Source: Acutalibacteraceae bacterium (GTDB lineage Bacteria; Bacillota; Clostridia; Oscillospirales; Acutalibacteraceae). Taken from it: a stretch of DNA of 64,000 nucleotides. A program made the position numbers and the translations under genes. Where the stretch lies: contig JAZSDP010000078.1 of the NCBI GenBank assembly GCA_045531265.1, positions 27,610-91,609 of the forward strand. The letters are read 5' to 3'. A model generated the notes under the pieces. The model was given only the letters and a program-made list of their open reading frames with translations. It made no database searches and had not been told where the DNA came from. Shown here in pieces: positions 56,301 to 58,320 of the stretch (its first letter is position 1; each line of letters starts with the position of its first letter).

Positions 56301-56697
56301 TAAAGCAGGTGCTAAGGAAACTGTTCGCTACGCTGTAAACGAACTGTTCAACAGAACAGCAGCTTATGACGTACCCGATATCATCGTTTCCGCACTCTTC
56401 GCAGCACTTGGTATGGCAATCGGTCTTGATGCTGCTATTACAGGCGATGTAATCACCGTACAGCAGATCTGGAAGGATCTCTTCGGCATCATCGGAAATA
56501 ACTCAGGCGACGGTTGTAAGTATGCAAGCATCGCTAAGGTTATGGAAGACCTGACCGGTGTCTGGGATGACACAATCGGTGACGATGAAGATCACGAAGA
56601 CGCAGTTGAAGATGCAGAAGAATCACTCAACTGGTTCCAGAGACTTATTAAGAAGATTAAGGAATTCTTCCAGAAGATTTTCGGTATCTTTAAATAA
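26341..56697 (+). CDS. giant acidic modular protein (10,118 aa) of unknown function, with an N-terminal signal/anchor and a C-terminal hydrophobic segment plus basic amphipathic helix
   Basis: A single stop-free frame spans 30,357 nt. AAGGAGG (26326-26332) lies 8 nt before the ATG. The N-terminus is MKVGKKVLSCVLAIIMIVSSVSVCFGVLGAG. Codon usage matches the neighbouring genes. The gene has its own promoter and a terminator at 56747-56776. The internal motif periodicity is only coherent in this frame. Confidence 0.93.
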   Translation: MKVGKKVLSCVLAIIMIVSSVSVCFGVLGAGNTIDNLMNRIELNHEALADFILEVETLEAKLAAAQTQALKEEIGAQLTEAKKRIPQQANASQWKVEVDSASGSWTWVARAYAEAAKVVVQQKDKHTYYGIYAEILSQVDAARAGRTTALTKAQYDEILKYFAFGETEEVAGGAYATPKVITLNIGAGFDVLKWAPDYNEIPTDAAELQLYNSWVKFGMSTVGDENNGLVGINEADITFDMQNQNSEMIAQALDVVKQSIIKFIALSEEGLTETNPETNEEITYLPWFTTNFAELAANDPALLDKTIMQISEKIVEFDTAIATAQVGNTEDIWNSYVSPHITGKKTWAEVNRWYETEIVGYIAKAYATQFKAQFEAAFAAADALGEAATGDQLYVYYLEVQDILAALDETVAYVNGESINIADQIIDAFDGGREYYNNILTRRNTLGYHTASKFSTEWADRYNEIYNFNLVDSKASVAMGHVWEKCDGTCGTTCDGKGNGQEDYVEGTDCTYGWVDANGDGIFTDDEKTTVAHCIHVDYNNALEFYTKAAALVADFEAKVFPLVTNDAGVIAFDRIATETLNEKSWNAFYATYQKANLNLNGAKYIDMKAKMDAFMGSIRLSGGMSYNVIKTYHDEFVALGYTECKDLSTNPATKDIFEEIFGKAGMTPYDNFINDLKRRAAVRIYEQLERIATYYGEGGNNVTYYNFESILAAEAALEAQQGALFTFLRAKPAYNPDADQFFDIVRDEEGNEISRTQKEGVIIYDIDDDLGAKYEEVSPYTVRAQEFKDNLALMRMEANLNPLEEFSWQGDKTILAYLFDRYNNANNYSGSYYEYLWVSGKGKLDYDAISDLIAEVGLGLGGKDTATLMDEVVKKFDKMILSKDLGSLLDALTANSATGEGLLGTWDITYTFNNPDGSTTTRTKGDKVENVREMLINLIMGLLYGGSLQNLLMSLYGLLGNVIMDLDMDIPVLGQVGAKLPEYLRGAIPLMPHWFTENWNGYSCNQTGVRWYKWFDGSLLGSSYNYENALRVLAQAPRHDSGKDTKSFWDSENRPNFGTYAGLPEDAWETYEPDEIWHVRNNVDLFKSLAAAACGLAAPLGVILCANDATLRAKSDILSIELNAIAHNAGDPLYDRLFIPLYELLGITQYSTSNPYGYRTGSEMKNATAIAGYLEGGDTTPYVQNYGYDMWSYVLTPLLNWMETKLFVNPLETILGLLPNLFCAIEYNQILPKIKNIALEFKLDLFGGISLYTLKVWDLLAPLLDNLGLQLDKGLDGVINMLLQVTKTNKATYDAEMAKPKEEQKAFLMKSVLDAKGNKIYDLYNKDGDVIQYNVDVAALTEQYPDGLPNEQYTSERKEVYVDKDGNYYWKLGLLAQTLFGTGSKGCNEGYLEMLNFNKKSGHGTVQLYVPVNRIVSMGTLTQKTVYGTNSNWTLYHINADSGDVLLALFRWLMNDGVVPKLLPLLNGLLGGGEATEEGGSSVSIIDTIVPIIDGQADTVIAILISLLNTYDVGYFNYVDTYKNLVDNLSGEKLEYTNFGSKDADNDGQPDFVIGKYLSESLADMATADVNTTDEQKLAKVDLAISKLDGLINTVVPSIIPVIMPMLDDLLKGDIGDIVKPLLEPLNDIQKGDTLADVVADILVQDGVMQLLAELLVGTGEQKEETLEDGSKVPAFQKDADGNYVLDENGQKIPVMDTGLLGGILGGGMLANLLPALADMDIDIRPPAFYDAAVAAGCTGISDWILGCYNDAIAQGADFKGDYHNMGWEWMKAPGENHKWFNVAEDATAEQKVDEFFNLLGTLLAPLNPILFLIFSGQDLTLLDELTIEGGQGYQSAMTLLIESLGFGKVKIAGTNYTASMSRSDYLAFVHGSTGGTDETKIPKDGRFWATAHSPLAPLFTALRAFLVGDDETGALGLLESPLTALLKMIPNLAYLLYSYETDELDETGAKVKTNNLAQAAKNLISPVLSVLNIIDPILSRALELDIESLLDSFLNVENMLNDLISGLVDGSDLDTGEDIVVTKFVDFGALAVYGGKANKDAISHTTGVGGTFTEFTGSPAQTLITLVRSIMTDDLIDSFVTMFMDYYATTEQGQQITDENREDWARVRDIVLALSVRAKTPATFENGNYNGTGVDLIVGLVVDLFTDYVPGQGVEMFYQKMADEGYSDAIMEKYGIQHVPYQWENITKDENDDLLFTPDDVEDTLDSFDAVIRKAAPDVIGILTSQGILDLSSLGIELDGEATTLYGVLTQLVEDFLFTDEIMATVANLLASLLGGGMVGDLLPLIKDAGIDITAVSIYKRTKTNSALREFMSYNITGGVDANGQITVDGEKRDITWADIADAHGYQAYEYDEHGNVVMDGDDAKLAYTKKLSVDKDGKPVYELDEDGEIKLDAQGNKIQAQEDDLDKPTMKLITSIYVQAKKDGKFVYTYKGKDAEGNSADLEYLSAFANLESFAVQVFEEDGTTPKKDENGKEVWTKYDLKPVYTDEEIPGAWSWDFDDVESRGYKNHIYGKLSYFVDSVWEIIGGLEDILEALFFGADTNKAVKLFDTLNIEGTDGFEDTLLPLLRGFGLDAILSNLNNSPATDADGNALVDPKGDGSVYTMLEELNDERKVTYGDENVNAIPANLVKGNAGMRRSLGTWRNAATNEIEAEAFKNFAIGRDWFAEEQNGTIYFDQAAGYDMATFLKVFLNYVLYFVEILASYPISTLMSALPTLAYFIVGDGLNEIVSNLLRFLTVLTDRLAPILAIDVNDIGAGLVDMLGTNEWGTFQEIFKFYVNEDGQKVYDEITYDENGKVVTVQKPAAEKNISLTETLLSFVANIKIDLDSDGVQESTITRFINAEAEKEAWALINANTDDKGVVNKDKLEEARQMRTAAVTAWLESVVALGEPFKGDYTDANGVDHNVPAKYHGYVKIDAYNGQISVPKNDMFMFILDFVFENTTLQEVLGDLLGYDITDENGTDADLLDELLTNVFRNPDYLVDLIVALFTTYTVAPNKDIPFIDIDEYHYNFYDEDGQTTYQDILPQIQAGTYAGSEISRVKTAYAIDNLDKLVGTVLNLFKKDLVKEGGLFDGIFTEEDDISLSVAVNGLLEDLLFTDDMINDLLGMLVGLLSGEGVGDIIGIVTDILESAAGIDISTAAFANNDTLESIIMKDGKAQTWSEIAEANKQYEYKYETIDEDGETVLKDGEPVYGTYFDKSATASSAVVDADGDGDEDDTVTLIPVYNQKQAQNADKEYEYYYFASEEDKTNDIRTPYFDKEQNKTEYVIPATDDAEEQKFVLTAVMVDDTDSQKTAVKFDKQWNIVPELADDATAEQKAAASKQARDNFVTVLWDVLEPLSPVLELLFTGRNLEIYGEITIRGFDGYEGFILPLINALAAPVYTKADGVTPYLDTNKYYPTQEAFELAVYGADKAPGGEDENADNTQVLLQSILDALLALVDSLCDRPISTIATLLPYLARFLESKGIDTILSNLLSPITAITDMIKNVYNLDIMGLIKGLLQGLAADMNKDAAAQTAAGFIEEKIDEAAEANANAGVALAAEEDDILNNDSGIDYSKYTFMEIIWDILEAVQIDLGDGKKLAISDLINDQFFVKLAACAWYDDEALGYVMIKGIDYADGEDEDINDSKVTNEQRDTDYYVDRETVLLFVLDNLLFQESVRDLIGGLIGDMEFTDEALTELKNNKDESKVLDTDYLLPVLLYGVFMDGEALERLLIDLLSWYDVEYAPERVDKTTPNSTLPEVDWDATGLNEAELENLPKQLDDLVAAVLPLLLELLPTFGVDLGIDLGGATDIKHIVENLIGSLFTDTVDEKTGEVKNGLATTLFTLLVKLFGGSNLDDILSMVYELTGGDEHAINLTLAYFKDSSTAIAKYFNEYKDAEGKTKAINTWAEAYEAFKVKVDFDAEKNFSYAEEDVNKENKIFDKNDGDYLYAVDDKGNIVHTYAQDAEGKAIPATDKGTTAVCPDCGETFYITAGDGKVLEGEDAANVVAYADGEFAYEYQWDIKLTGTNSFGVKDYTTALNLLGDIVTPLVPVLKLLLVEDGDLVILDGVTISAGDGYDRFVIPVAEMLGIEIENDKYAVAEFTNAEFGDFIVDGIVKLINKIVSSPIQTIIDLLPNLAYFITSNGLAQAVEQMLAPLLTLVDMVNDISGAKITLKNGTELVALDVYELLVGLLKDVIDLKGAKTAGEIITNLLTADGLEDLIMGLVKNEDGTTKLGFLDGLFADIVAKTVGITDVETARYFGSYVQGGHRMVKGVYATRANTVLQLISELILAENGLIFEILDLAGLDLNDPANATIKTVIDGLTGDNRYCILEVLLNYFNHYDVEGTIIDYLSFEAKEFAYETYTTDSTLSARKVRRAIKKLDQAVLALVPELLPLLEEIEFLKGALASVKDPDKGYEGVTIQKVVEAILSDLAFNDETMTMLVGTIIGLLGGEGLSGTLASLSPVLSKLVDVNIAPAAVADNAQTAGATALAQLIGEAIAGTEAARSSSYVDDDGLTVSTVREATWADIAEYYADNAYFYIVENVGEEYVLNNKTGDKVPVFNTETNEDGVKVPVFAEGEEAPDNAEDLFVSEDGYLMRKVYTYSIEKHFDKNEYEDGKVITIDGEEVTLYTRAIATDKDGNIIWADAEALKPTFQRVMDGEKYGFNWTYTVADDEATADVDESKTYSGVVYQNDATDADGFAEVEIDGKKVEVAVEEAFVMSGTQVLGATETDWGFDDADTFEEKKDVFLGELYGIVKAVEPVVDFLFHGEDITIQSTVNGNTVDAITLKGGEGYRYALYPLLQALAADQMGNSLVSGVDYGALKGTVGTLEAIVDGVFNVVENLAAGPVEYILTLLPSLSYFIKSDGIRLFVENLASPVFALLDVAEPAVGALLDDLLGGLLSPLVGDYMPAEYVNMEGRKVDDNGTPDDTTDDFKVYTLDEILHIAGKDGTNLVAILNNLVGGLIVKTEEGEEIEPITILPANFFADYVAYAVEIGSSFGQKMFYDLEVIKAGGKFGGNVGDTIAIPQADYTEDLKEYYTIVGDTRYSVSSWKVDIADSLVYLLQSVASADLLGVLAGDDHEEKVAKNDLIAIILDNLIKGNNNGLTIAEILVSLFEGYTVKYVPLNGIYIPIDHTGMTDAADIPVSLDNVILEALPVILPLLAGENVEEGSLMDTLTTALADLGENENAIKALVDGLINSFLTDDLVRGIVEMLVGILGNETIDMVLGLVKIGDHNLTAPEFKAQIDAHFAGKADYAAALAAIDSIIGEYGSWAEVAKANTKYAYTYVIKEATATAAAELGTYYAVSDKLGGTYQEIDGKEYLLTKKASDVKNDKGEVIGSVHETAVKFDEALTFGVDGADDKLTALINAFTVLLEPLTEVLQLVLQGKTLTLLSSNGKYVADSFEDIYGAETGQSNGELPDDDRDTADVGVIMGDGFIELRGSKGYDEGLLALAEAIFGQIKGTELEDKIPSGAEFNAYTDIEDILGAVVNIIMALVEGLENGPITFLADHLAGLLYFLASDNVNNLVNNVLALANGLLEVLEPLTGKDNIIDLLGMLGVDLSILEINKLLEMLTNLIRAPKDFEVTKAEDGSYTYVRDEKTVAVTTEEIKTKEVEKDGAKVTVEYVTVDTGLDLTIDLAMLKDLVAALGEYAVIDSLRTSANIGLATNNAGEYVNKDGQVIEGDAITTGKLTTVVGCRAHFIDGLLTFALSDNIIGKLLVKDETDPDNILNDLIDALTAEDAADGLIKFLNQLTSKYLVEYTVLAALDEELALTKLYTYYADSVNAPEGAHKRTIKKTDAEKTIDNLNNLVGPILELVGMGNLEDLVGGLVFTDDMVNMLVGLLAGLLPSLEGGDIANILDIVANVLGEEIDLSAATYAENAVLAPFFADVEASAEDGVITWADVAAHYTKYVYTYTIPADPEVEDSKPETVTVYAAEGETVYTTEDGKQYAITPVYEQKADKDGNLVYTTGDAEIIATKDYTIKTENGVTTATTKVDGADVVYTVTPVYTTTQATKAVYDFAWGMDAIEGDDDESKVLKQAHKFVDIIAAFLQPVDFILEVLLAGGTNTGDAENAKSISAFDEINIMGGSGYNYAIIPLLETLGVPNSMILTQAQYEEKIKTEGTLAPILDILLEYVIGGLNAPLSFVADLLTNLFYTVSQNGLTTIVSNLIAPVSELVRALEDTLPVAIKIDLTQIFVEGGEIFKIMLGDDVAINGATVGLDLNLDNNTIEDLLFGANGVLKNLAPDLVINFNIREFVRAAVAVDENGDIIYVDSLVDTDYDILTPENVEWRDRIVVDRADAVINFLDSILTTETINSLLTMLEVDLDEMLGEDMSFLADIINDAIEAPSTLIDTIVKLLSTAYTVEDIMVLYDELTEADYNYDNEVASKDDVALVLNKLDAVINNAIEPLLGILSGMDNMPALVTDIAAAIENGEAEATIGGVLDFVLGDLIFTDEIVNTVFGLIVGLLGSMDAKTFDLINNLLGEILHINLDPVEFARSIVAATGDTKVADYIASFPATEDTVLTWADIAAANKKLVYTYTIKATEEGAEDKVVEVYFDLDRTNETAYTAEDGVTYTLNKKMVEKDGVATDEQATKVVMTHNWGVDAAAAADKKDVFLGAILEILAPFGAVLDWLFCGEDIVLVYEGVTLHGGNAYDNVLVPLVKALGVEIDTDAELDAQNKTHAVDRVEALINGIFALVDKLADNPINTIVELVTGLSYFIASGGVAEAVEGIAAPIFGLVSTLEAIAPMSTINEIIAELAKDVKLPGDKPLTIDNIINIAGENGEGLVALINSLIGKIEIEDEAGNIINLNLLPDDFFLQVAQYGVNIETVAEVTAEMIAGGVDYQPDNKYVTEWSVDKADAIMYVLSTVCSDSFLKSLCSLMNQPEDSTVGGILLGLAGKQNNVVDILVTLLTEYTVTYTDFTRAPIEKEEVTHTAPMTEENLEAALAVLDKLIPSVIGLVGLDADSLQSLLGELLEGLDLGNLLADLLVPLLAGLDLGEILGYVEELTNISVDLSPEAFTHNKFGSKLAEFIGNAETWADIEAKYLNYIYTYELTDKDGNVEIGEDGKAKTAEYFSIKSDLDGKTVTVGEGDDAKEVKLSKKLVETTVKAEDGTENKVNVHDTKMKSDFDWELGLTGVDASFDGVIALVSDLLYPVDFVLGLLLTGDRIEALEEIGITGGRGYNFAIIPLLEAFGVEVITEAEYVEQAKTNGHLNYILTALFGKIEDELLVSPVKTLLSMLANLFYLVGSNGINNIAENLLGFANYLLVKAEPVFKVGISIDLSEMGLVGGKVLKTTFDADENGKPMPYVSSMAAGIRVNVSADALSKLLGDLIADLKLVDIDGDGVNDPLGLSLDLDFTELAAKMAATNEDGTIKKIATSQITTEGAPATWFNIEGDVEDTFTTLIDTILTDENAFALANLIESLLKDVDFSGMDGVDENGEANDEINVKGILNDVLYQKDGIKKVLGAVVLLLSGQYTVVKPDTAYKFLGILSYFLEGDDTGDKLNNAIDRLDAIIAREVPEILTMFIDGDSATGILKSLVDAADGATGLDDMLDSLLKELAFTPDNFAALMEMLVKAIAGFLTADLTGTLNDLLGIDLAPAAFATATGNAKLVAYVENALDADNEAKDEPAELTWADVWAANSTDGKANEYDWGVNDQSGFISAVLSLLIPLNPILDFIFCNGAIELLDGSVRLPGGDAYNKALIPLFKALGVDLATAETTTEALDALVDGLIGNTGLVGKLADAPFRTILELVAGLSYLLANDNLEPIIRNIAAPVFSILDLLKDVITMDQIDGILEGFIGMSLTDIIEIGNNGGANLVDLVNGLLGGIEVRDENGKLIDTVDALDSDFFVELSKYAIDVTDPEGLVDPTNVGEDANAWTVDAAETLMFILDNVLDETFLKVLCGKIAPDASEDDMLVGILTSLADKEIDLVEVILMLLENYTIRYNRYQQTTLTGAAADYTAFADNAAKVEAALPNAITALDTLLVSVLGMLGTGDDLGALIDGLIADADLGNLLMNLLVPVLAGLDLDTILGYVNDLTNLEVDIAPQAFADTKFGSKLGEFIGEAETWAELAAAAEWQQYVYTYVVKNEDGTDKIGEDGKVVTAEYISKDGTLTEVNLGTEKEPNVVALTKVMTNLTDLEGKKAYTYGDETLYLADKEVKVADDNTVTTVIKSGEGDAATEETVTIVPVMTHKTQFVSTFDWNIKTLEDAVNFAADLLLPLDVVFKVLLGGSEIIALEDGDTIRRADIRIKGGYGYNYAILPLLEALGVDAISQSEYDARINSVYHGSSLKYILDAIVGRVDEILATPVQEALGLFANLFYFIGSEGINTFAANLIAPVQTLLEEVCDVYPICITIDGSQIGVEGGKIIATSFDADYEAGSLAEGLKIDFKAEHISALLTNLLSGIKINEKPLGLTLNLNWLELAAAMAKRDAEGKIIYTDSAIEYGYKNTTVNSTDLTAHKNISGDAAATLVTLLNTILSNENVAVIKNLVKDLLKDANLDATIENLIDNVLSDRNAIINLVGTLVLVLTGEHEVRVMDMVFKFLGVTDYNVENADTAIASFDRLIGKALPVVLDMFADTSKPEAEWTILEQIAASGETTLKGIADWALNDLLFTDDMMATITDALVGALAGFLTESLAGTLGDLLGVDLNPVAFAQATGNAALIAYVTVPGTGTDGLVTWADVLAAHSTTTTVDGKEVTEIDNVFTGVNNKDAFLDALFSLLTPLDPVLGFLLRGYDLTIGAGLGVDDIKLKGNDGYSNAISILFKALGLGEMGATWVEATDDMNAVDALRHTIDYVFALVDSLCAKPFNTILVLLGNLSFFVANDGVEKLINNLVSPVLSLVDALSGTISRAELDALLVSLTKNEMLTLSGILNIAGDNGEALVELLNGIIPGSKVYEPMKDAEGNILVGEYKEYTKEAVENDKNNTYDEVVIKVLDADGNPKKDDEGNEITRTAYYKVVHVINALPATFFVDLAKAAIKVDTPTGLVDPTDIGKPVTKWHVETGDTLVFILSTVLSQDVLDILSNLLGLTDGTVKDILSGLVGKEEELLDVLVSLLAKYLVEYKAYTQPELDKINVTTAETHDNFNDIVTNLDALIPTILSLVEIGGKKYGSLNELISGFITDDIADMLVGMIVELLSGLPSETIDEILGYVKELTNLKTLDISPKAFANNDFGSKVKAFFEDAAAKAGTTLDKLTWAEAWEATSTVADDPETTDKVERKFNGYAWGIEGLNDLVDLLCDFIQPLDPILLVLLAGGQVRADFDGTTVGRSISALDEINIMGGMGYNYAIIPLLELLGVDAMSQAAYDSAVSNNHGSALYPILNQLISTVENDILKSPINWLAKILANLTYVIGNDDIGTIVDNLLAPVNQLIAKVDKVFPIAIDINIGDIGNETEYNKVVDTYLGVAHPGVEAGIHIRVEGKALADMLTGLLEGIEIEGKPLGIKIDLDWLKLAAMAGADADSNKKVDFETTNFSTKYDIYNGGAYKTIKGDAADTFVTILKLALTKENVEAILGALNVELSPEIKDIIDQIVEDPAKIVDIIANLLGGKLAYQPIQNRPISVTGVNYNSYFTFTEQNADIIANNLDTLLVQILDLAGLGSIRQLLGQFINNGMVNQLLDLLVGLLAGDSVGPILNTIAGIDLGIELPLTLPAFAAKISELAKTRDYLKGAAAHLNKGVAAGGEDATWANVGSFQDANVDWKVKDGDLYGFVQAVAGILTPLNGLLELLLIGEGKYLDVLGVVKIGGGNGYDYGIIPLLEAFGLKSSEVKNITEYKQAVAKDETQLLGYILNRIAYFADGLLDSPVNDLLTILPNLAYYFSNEGLLLTVKNLLAPVYTLVDTITKVLGVDLESFLKLEKLLSNIDLGIVVFNNKYDFKIPEIDWLKLAAQGGDKAQEVSTSRSIAANSYTKEMRADEYHAYTQANPNAPHKSTQKNIVADKGDTLTLIFTWLLEMFGTQHNRDALVNWIVDVFELKAGAKETVRYAVNELFNRTAAYDVPDIIVSALFAALGMAIGLDAAITGDVITVQQIWKDLFGIIGNNSGDGCKYASIAKVMEDLTGVWDDTIGDDEDHEDAVEDAEESLNWFQRLIKKIKEFFQKIFGIFK
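29150..55900 (+). repeat. array of ~15 divergent protein-level modules (about 465-810 aa each) inside the giant ORF
   Basis: Each module has four recurring elements. The first is a Gly/Leu-rich LFTDD-type segment. The second is a TWA[DE][IV] motif followed by a variable, Y/T/E/D/G-rich insert. The third is LLxPLxPxLxxLLxG...[GA]GxGYxxx[IL]xPLxxALG. The fourth is PxxTxLxxLPNLxYFxxSxG...NLxAPV. The GxGY cores start near 29731, 31831, 34012, 36436, 38515, 40678, 42643, 44587, 46288, 47881, 49441, 51118, 52627, 54217 and 55612. Confidence 0.8.
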
Positions 56698-56746
56698 GAC
56701 TCACTGAGATCTGAAAAGCTCAAAGAGCAACCTTAAATAAAACTAA

Positions 56747-56776
56747 CCCCCACTCATCACGAGTGGGGGCGTTTTT
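56747..56776 (+). terminator. rho-independent terminator after the giant gene
   Basis: A 9-bp stem (cccccactc / gagtggggg) with an atcac loop is followed by cgTTTTTa. Confidence 0.85.
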
Positions 56777-56847
56777 ATTGTTCTCTTTGTTGACATAATA
56801 TTCTAAAAGCATTATAATGAGATAAAATACAAAAAGGATGATTGAAT

Positions 56848-57540
56848 ATGCTCGAAGAACTTAAAAGAAAAGTACTTGAAGCTAATCTTAAGCTTCCTGT
56901 TTACGGCCTTGTTACTTTTACCTGGGGTAATGTCAGCGGTATTGACAGAGAAAAAGGACTTATAGTCATCAAACCAAGCGGTGTGGAATATGACGTTATG
57001 ACCGCTGAGGATATGGTTGTTGTTGACCTTGAGGGTAATGTTGTTGAAGGCAGGCTTAATCCTTCGTCTGATACTCCGACACATATTGAGCTTTATAAGG
57101 CTTTTCCTGATATCGGCGGTGTAATACATACTCATTCAACCTGGGCGACCTCATGGGCTCAGGCAGGCAGAAGCATTCCTGCATACGGTACAACCCACGC
57201 CGATTATTTTTACGGTGAAATTCCCTGCACAAGGCAGCTCACACCAGAAGAGGTTGCAACTGCCTACGAAAAGGAAACAGGCACCGTAATTATAGAAGCC
57301 TTTAAGGATAAAGACCCGATGGCAGTACCCGGTGTTGTTGTTTACAAGCACGGCCCCTTTGCCTGGGGTAAAACTCCTGACGAGGCTGTGCATAATGCCG
57401 TTGTTATGGAAACCGTTGCAAATATGGCTTACCACGCCGAAATGATTAATCCTGACCACAGCACGATTGAGCAATATCTTCTTGATAAGCATTATATGCG
57501 TAAGCACGGTCCCAATGCTTATTACGGTCAGAAAAAATAA
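56848..57540 (+). CDS. araD: L-ribulose-5-phosphate 4-epimerase
   Basis: The protein is near-colinear, by recall, with E. coli AraD ([17 protein letters not shown]..., [46 protein letters not shown]). I prefer the ATG at 56848 because an AAAGGA RBS precedes it, whereas the track ORF starts at TTG 56842. Confidence 0.95.
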   Translation: MLEELKRKVLEANLKLPVYGLVTFTWGNVSGIDREKGLIVIKPSGVEYDVMTAEDMVVVDLEGNVVEGRLNPSSDTPTHIELYKAFPDIGGVIHTHSTWATSWAQAGRSIPAYGTTHADYFYGEIPCTRQLTPEEVATAYEKETGTVIIEAFKDKDPMAVPGVVVYKHGPFAWGKTPDEAVHNAVVMETVANMAYHAEMINPDHSTIEQYLLDKHYMRKHGPNAYYGQKK

Positions 57541-57688
57541 GTAAAAGTAGTAAGCAGCAAGTAACAAGGAATGGTTAGCGGTAAAATAAGAAAAGAATCT
57601 ATGCTATTAAGTTTGATTTATTTTTCTTTTTAAAATAATGTTAACAAAATATAAAAAATGTGTTGTATAATGTAATTACAACATTAAT

Positions 57689-58276
57689 ATGAAGAAAGAA
57701 GTGTTTATTATGAAAAAAATTACGGCTGTCTTCCTCGCAATTGTAATGCTCTTTTCTGCTTTCTCCTTCTGTGTAACTGCTGCAGATGAAAACGGAAATG
57801 TTGCCAGAATGTGGATTTGTGCTGAAAAGCACAAGGATACAGGCATTAACCACGTATTTCTGTATTTTGAAAATCTTACCGATGAAACAATAAAAGTCGG
57901 TAAATACAGCCTTGGTGCTTATGATACGGTATCTGTTGGCTGCTTTGGTACAGAAGGTCCACGAGGTGCGGGCATCTATTACAACAATGAATCAGCACTT
58001 ACTCATTACAATTCACTTGTAGGTCTTTCAACAGAGCTTGACGAGGGTGAGCTCAAGGCTGTTACAAATAAGCTGAACGGCACGCCTAACTGGTGGGACC
58101 CCATCTTCAACTGCTATTATGTTGCAGCAAGAGTATGGAATGCAGGCGGCGGAAAGAGTGTTCCCTTCCTTATTTTCCCCGGCTTTGCAAGATATTTTAT
58201 TGGTATAAAGGGCGGTGGCTCAATGAATATTGACCTTTTTGTTGAAAAGCCCATTTACAAGCAAACCGAACTTTAA
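57689..58276 (+). CDS. small secreted hypothetical protein
   Basis: The ORF encodes 195 aa, or 188 aa from the alternative start at 57710 (MKKITAVFLAIVMLFSAFSFCVTAA, a signal peptide). It is followed by a strong bidirectional terminator. I recognised no family. Confidence 0.75.
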   Translation: MKKEVFIMKKITAVFLAIVMLFSAFSFCVTAADENGNVARMWICAEKHKDTGINHVFLYFENLTDETIKVGKYSLGAYDTVSVGCFGTEGPRGAGIYYNNESALTHYNSLVGLSTELDEGELKAVTNKLNGTPNWWDPIFNCYYVAARVWNAGGGKSVPFLIFPGFARYFIGIKGGGSMNIDLFVEKPIYKQTEL

Positions 58277-58315
58277 TAAAAAAAATACTGTCGCTCAGCG
58301 ACAGTATTTTTTTTA
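58277..58315. terminator. bidirectional rho-independent terminator between convergent genes
   Basis: The stem atactgtcgc / gcgacagtat has a tca loop, with an A-run on the left and a T-run on the right. Confidence 0.85.
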
Positions 58316-58320
58316 TTAAA

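Noticed and set aside
26341-56697. The giant ORF as an assembly artefact of collapsed or concatenated repeats.
   Set aside because: Equivalent motifs in different modules differ at many synonymous and non-synonymous positions, and I saw no long near-identical DNA repeats. Misassembly therefore seems unlikely, but this cannot be excluded without read data.
18579-56697. Classic Gram-positive anchoring or assembly signals in the two giants (LPXTG, SLH, choline-binding repeats, cohesin/dockerin pairs, RTX nonapeptides).
   Set aside because: I looked for these by eye in both translations and did not find them. Only isolated single DxDxDG loops occur. This negative result needs confirmation by HMM search.
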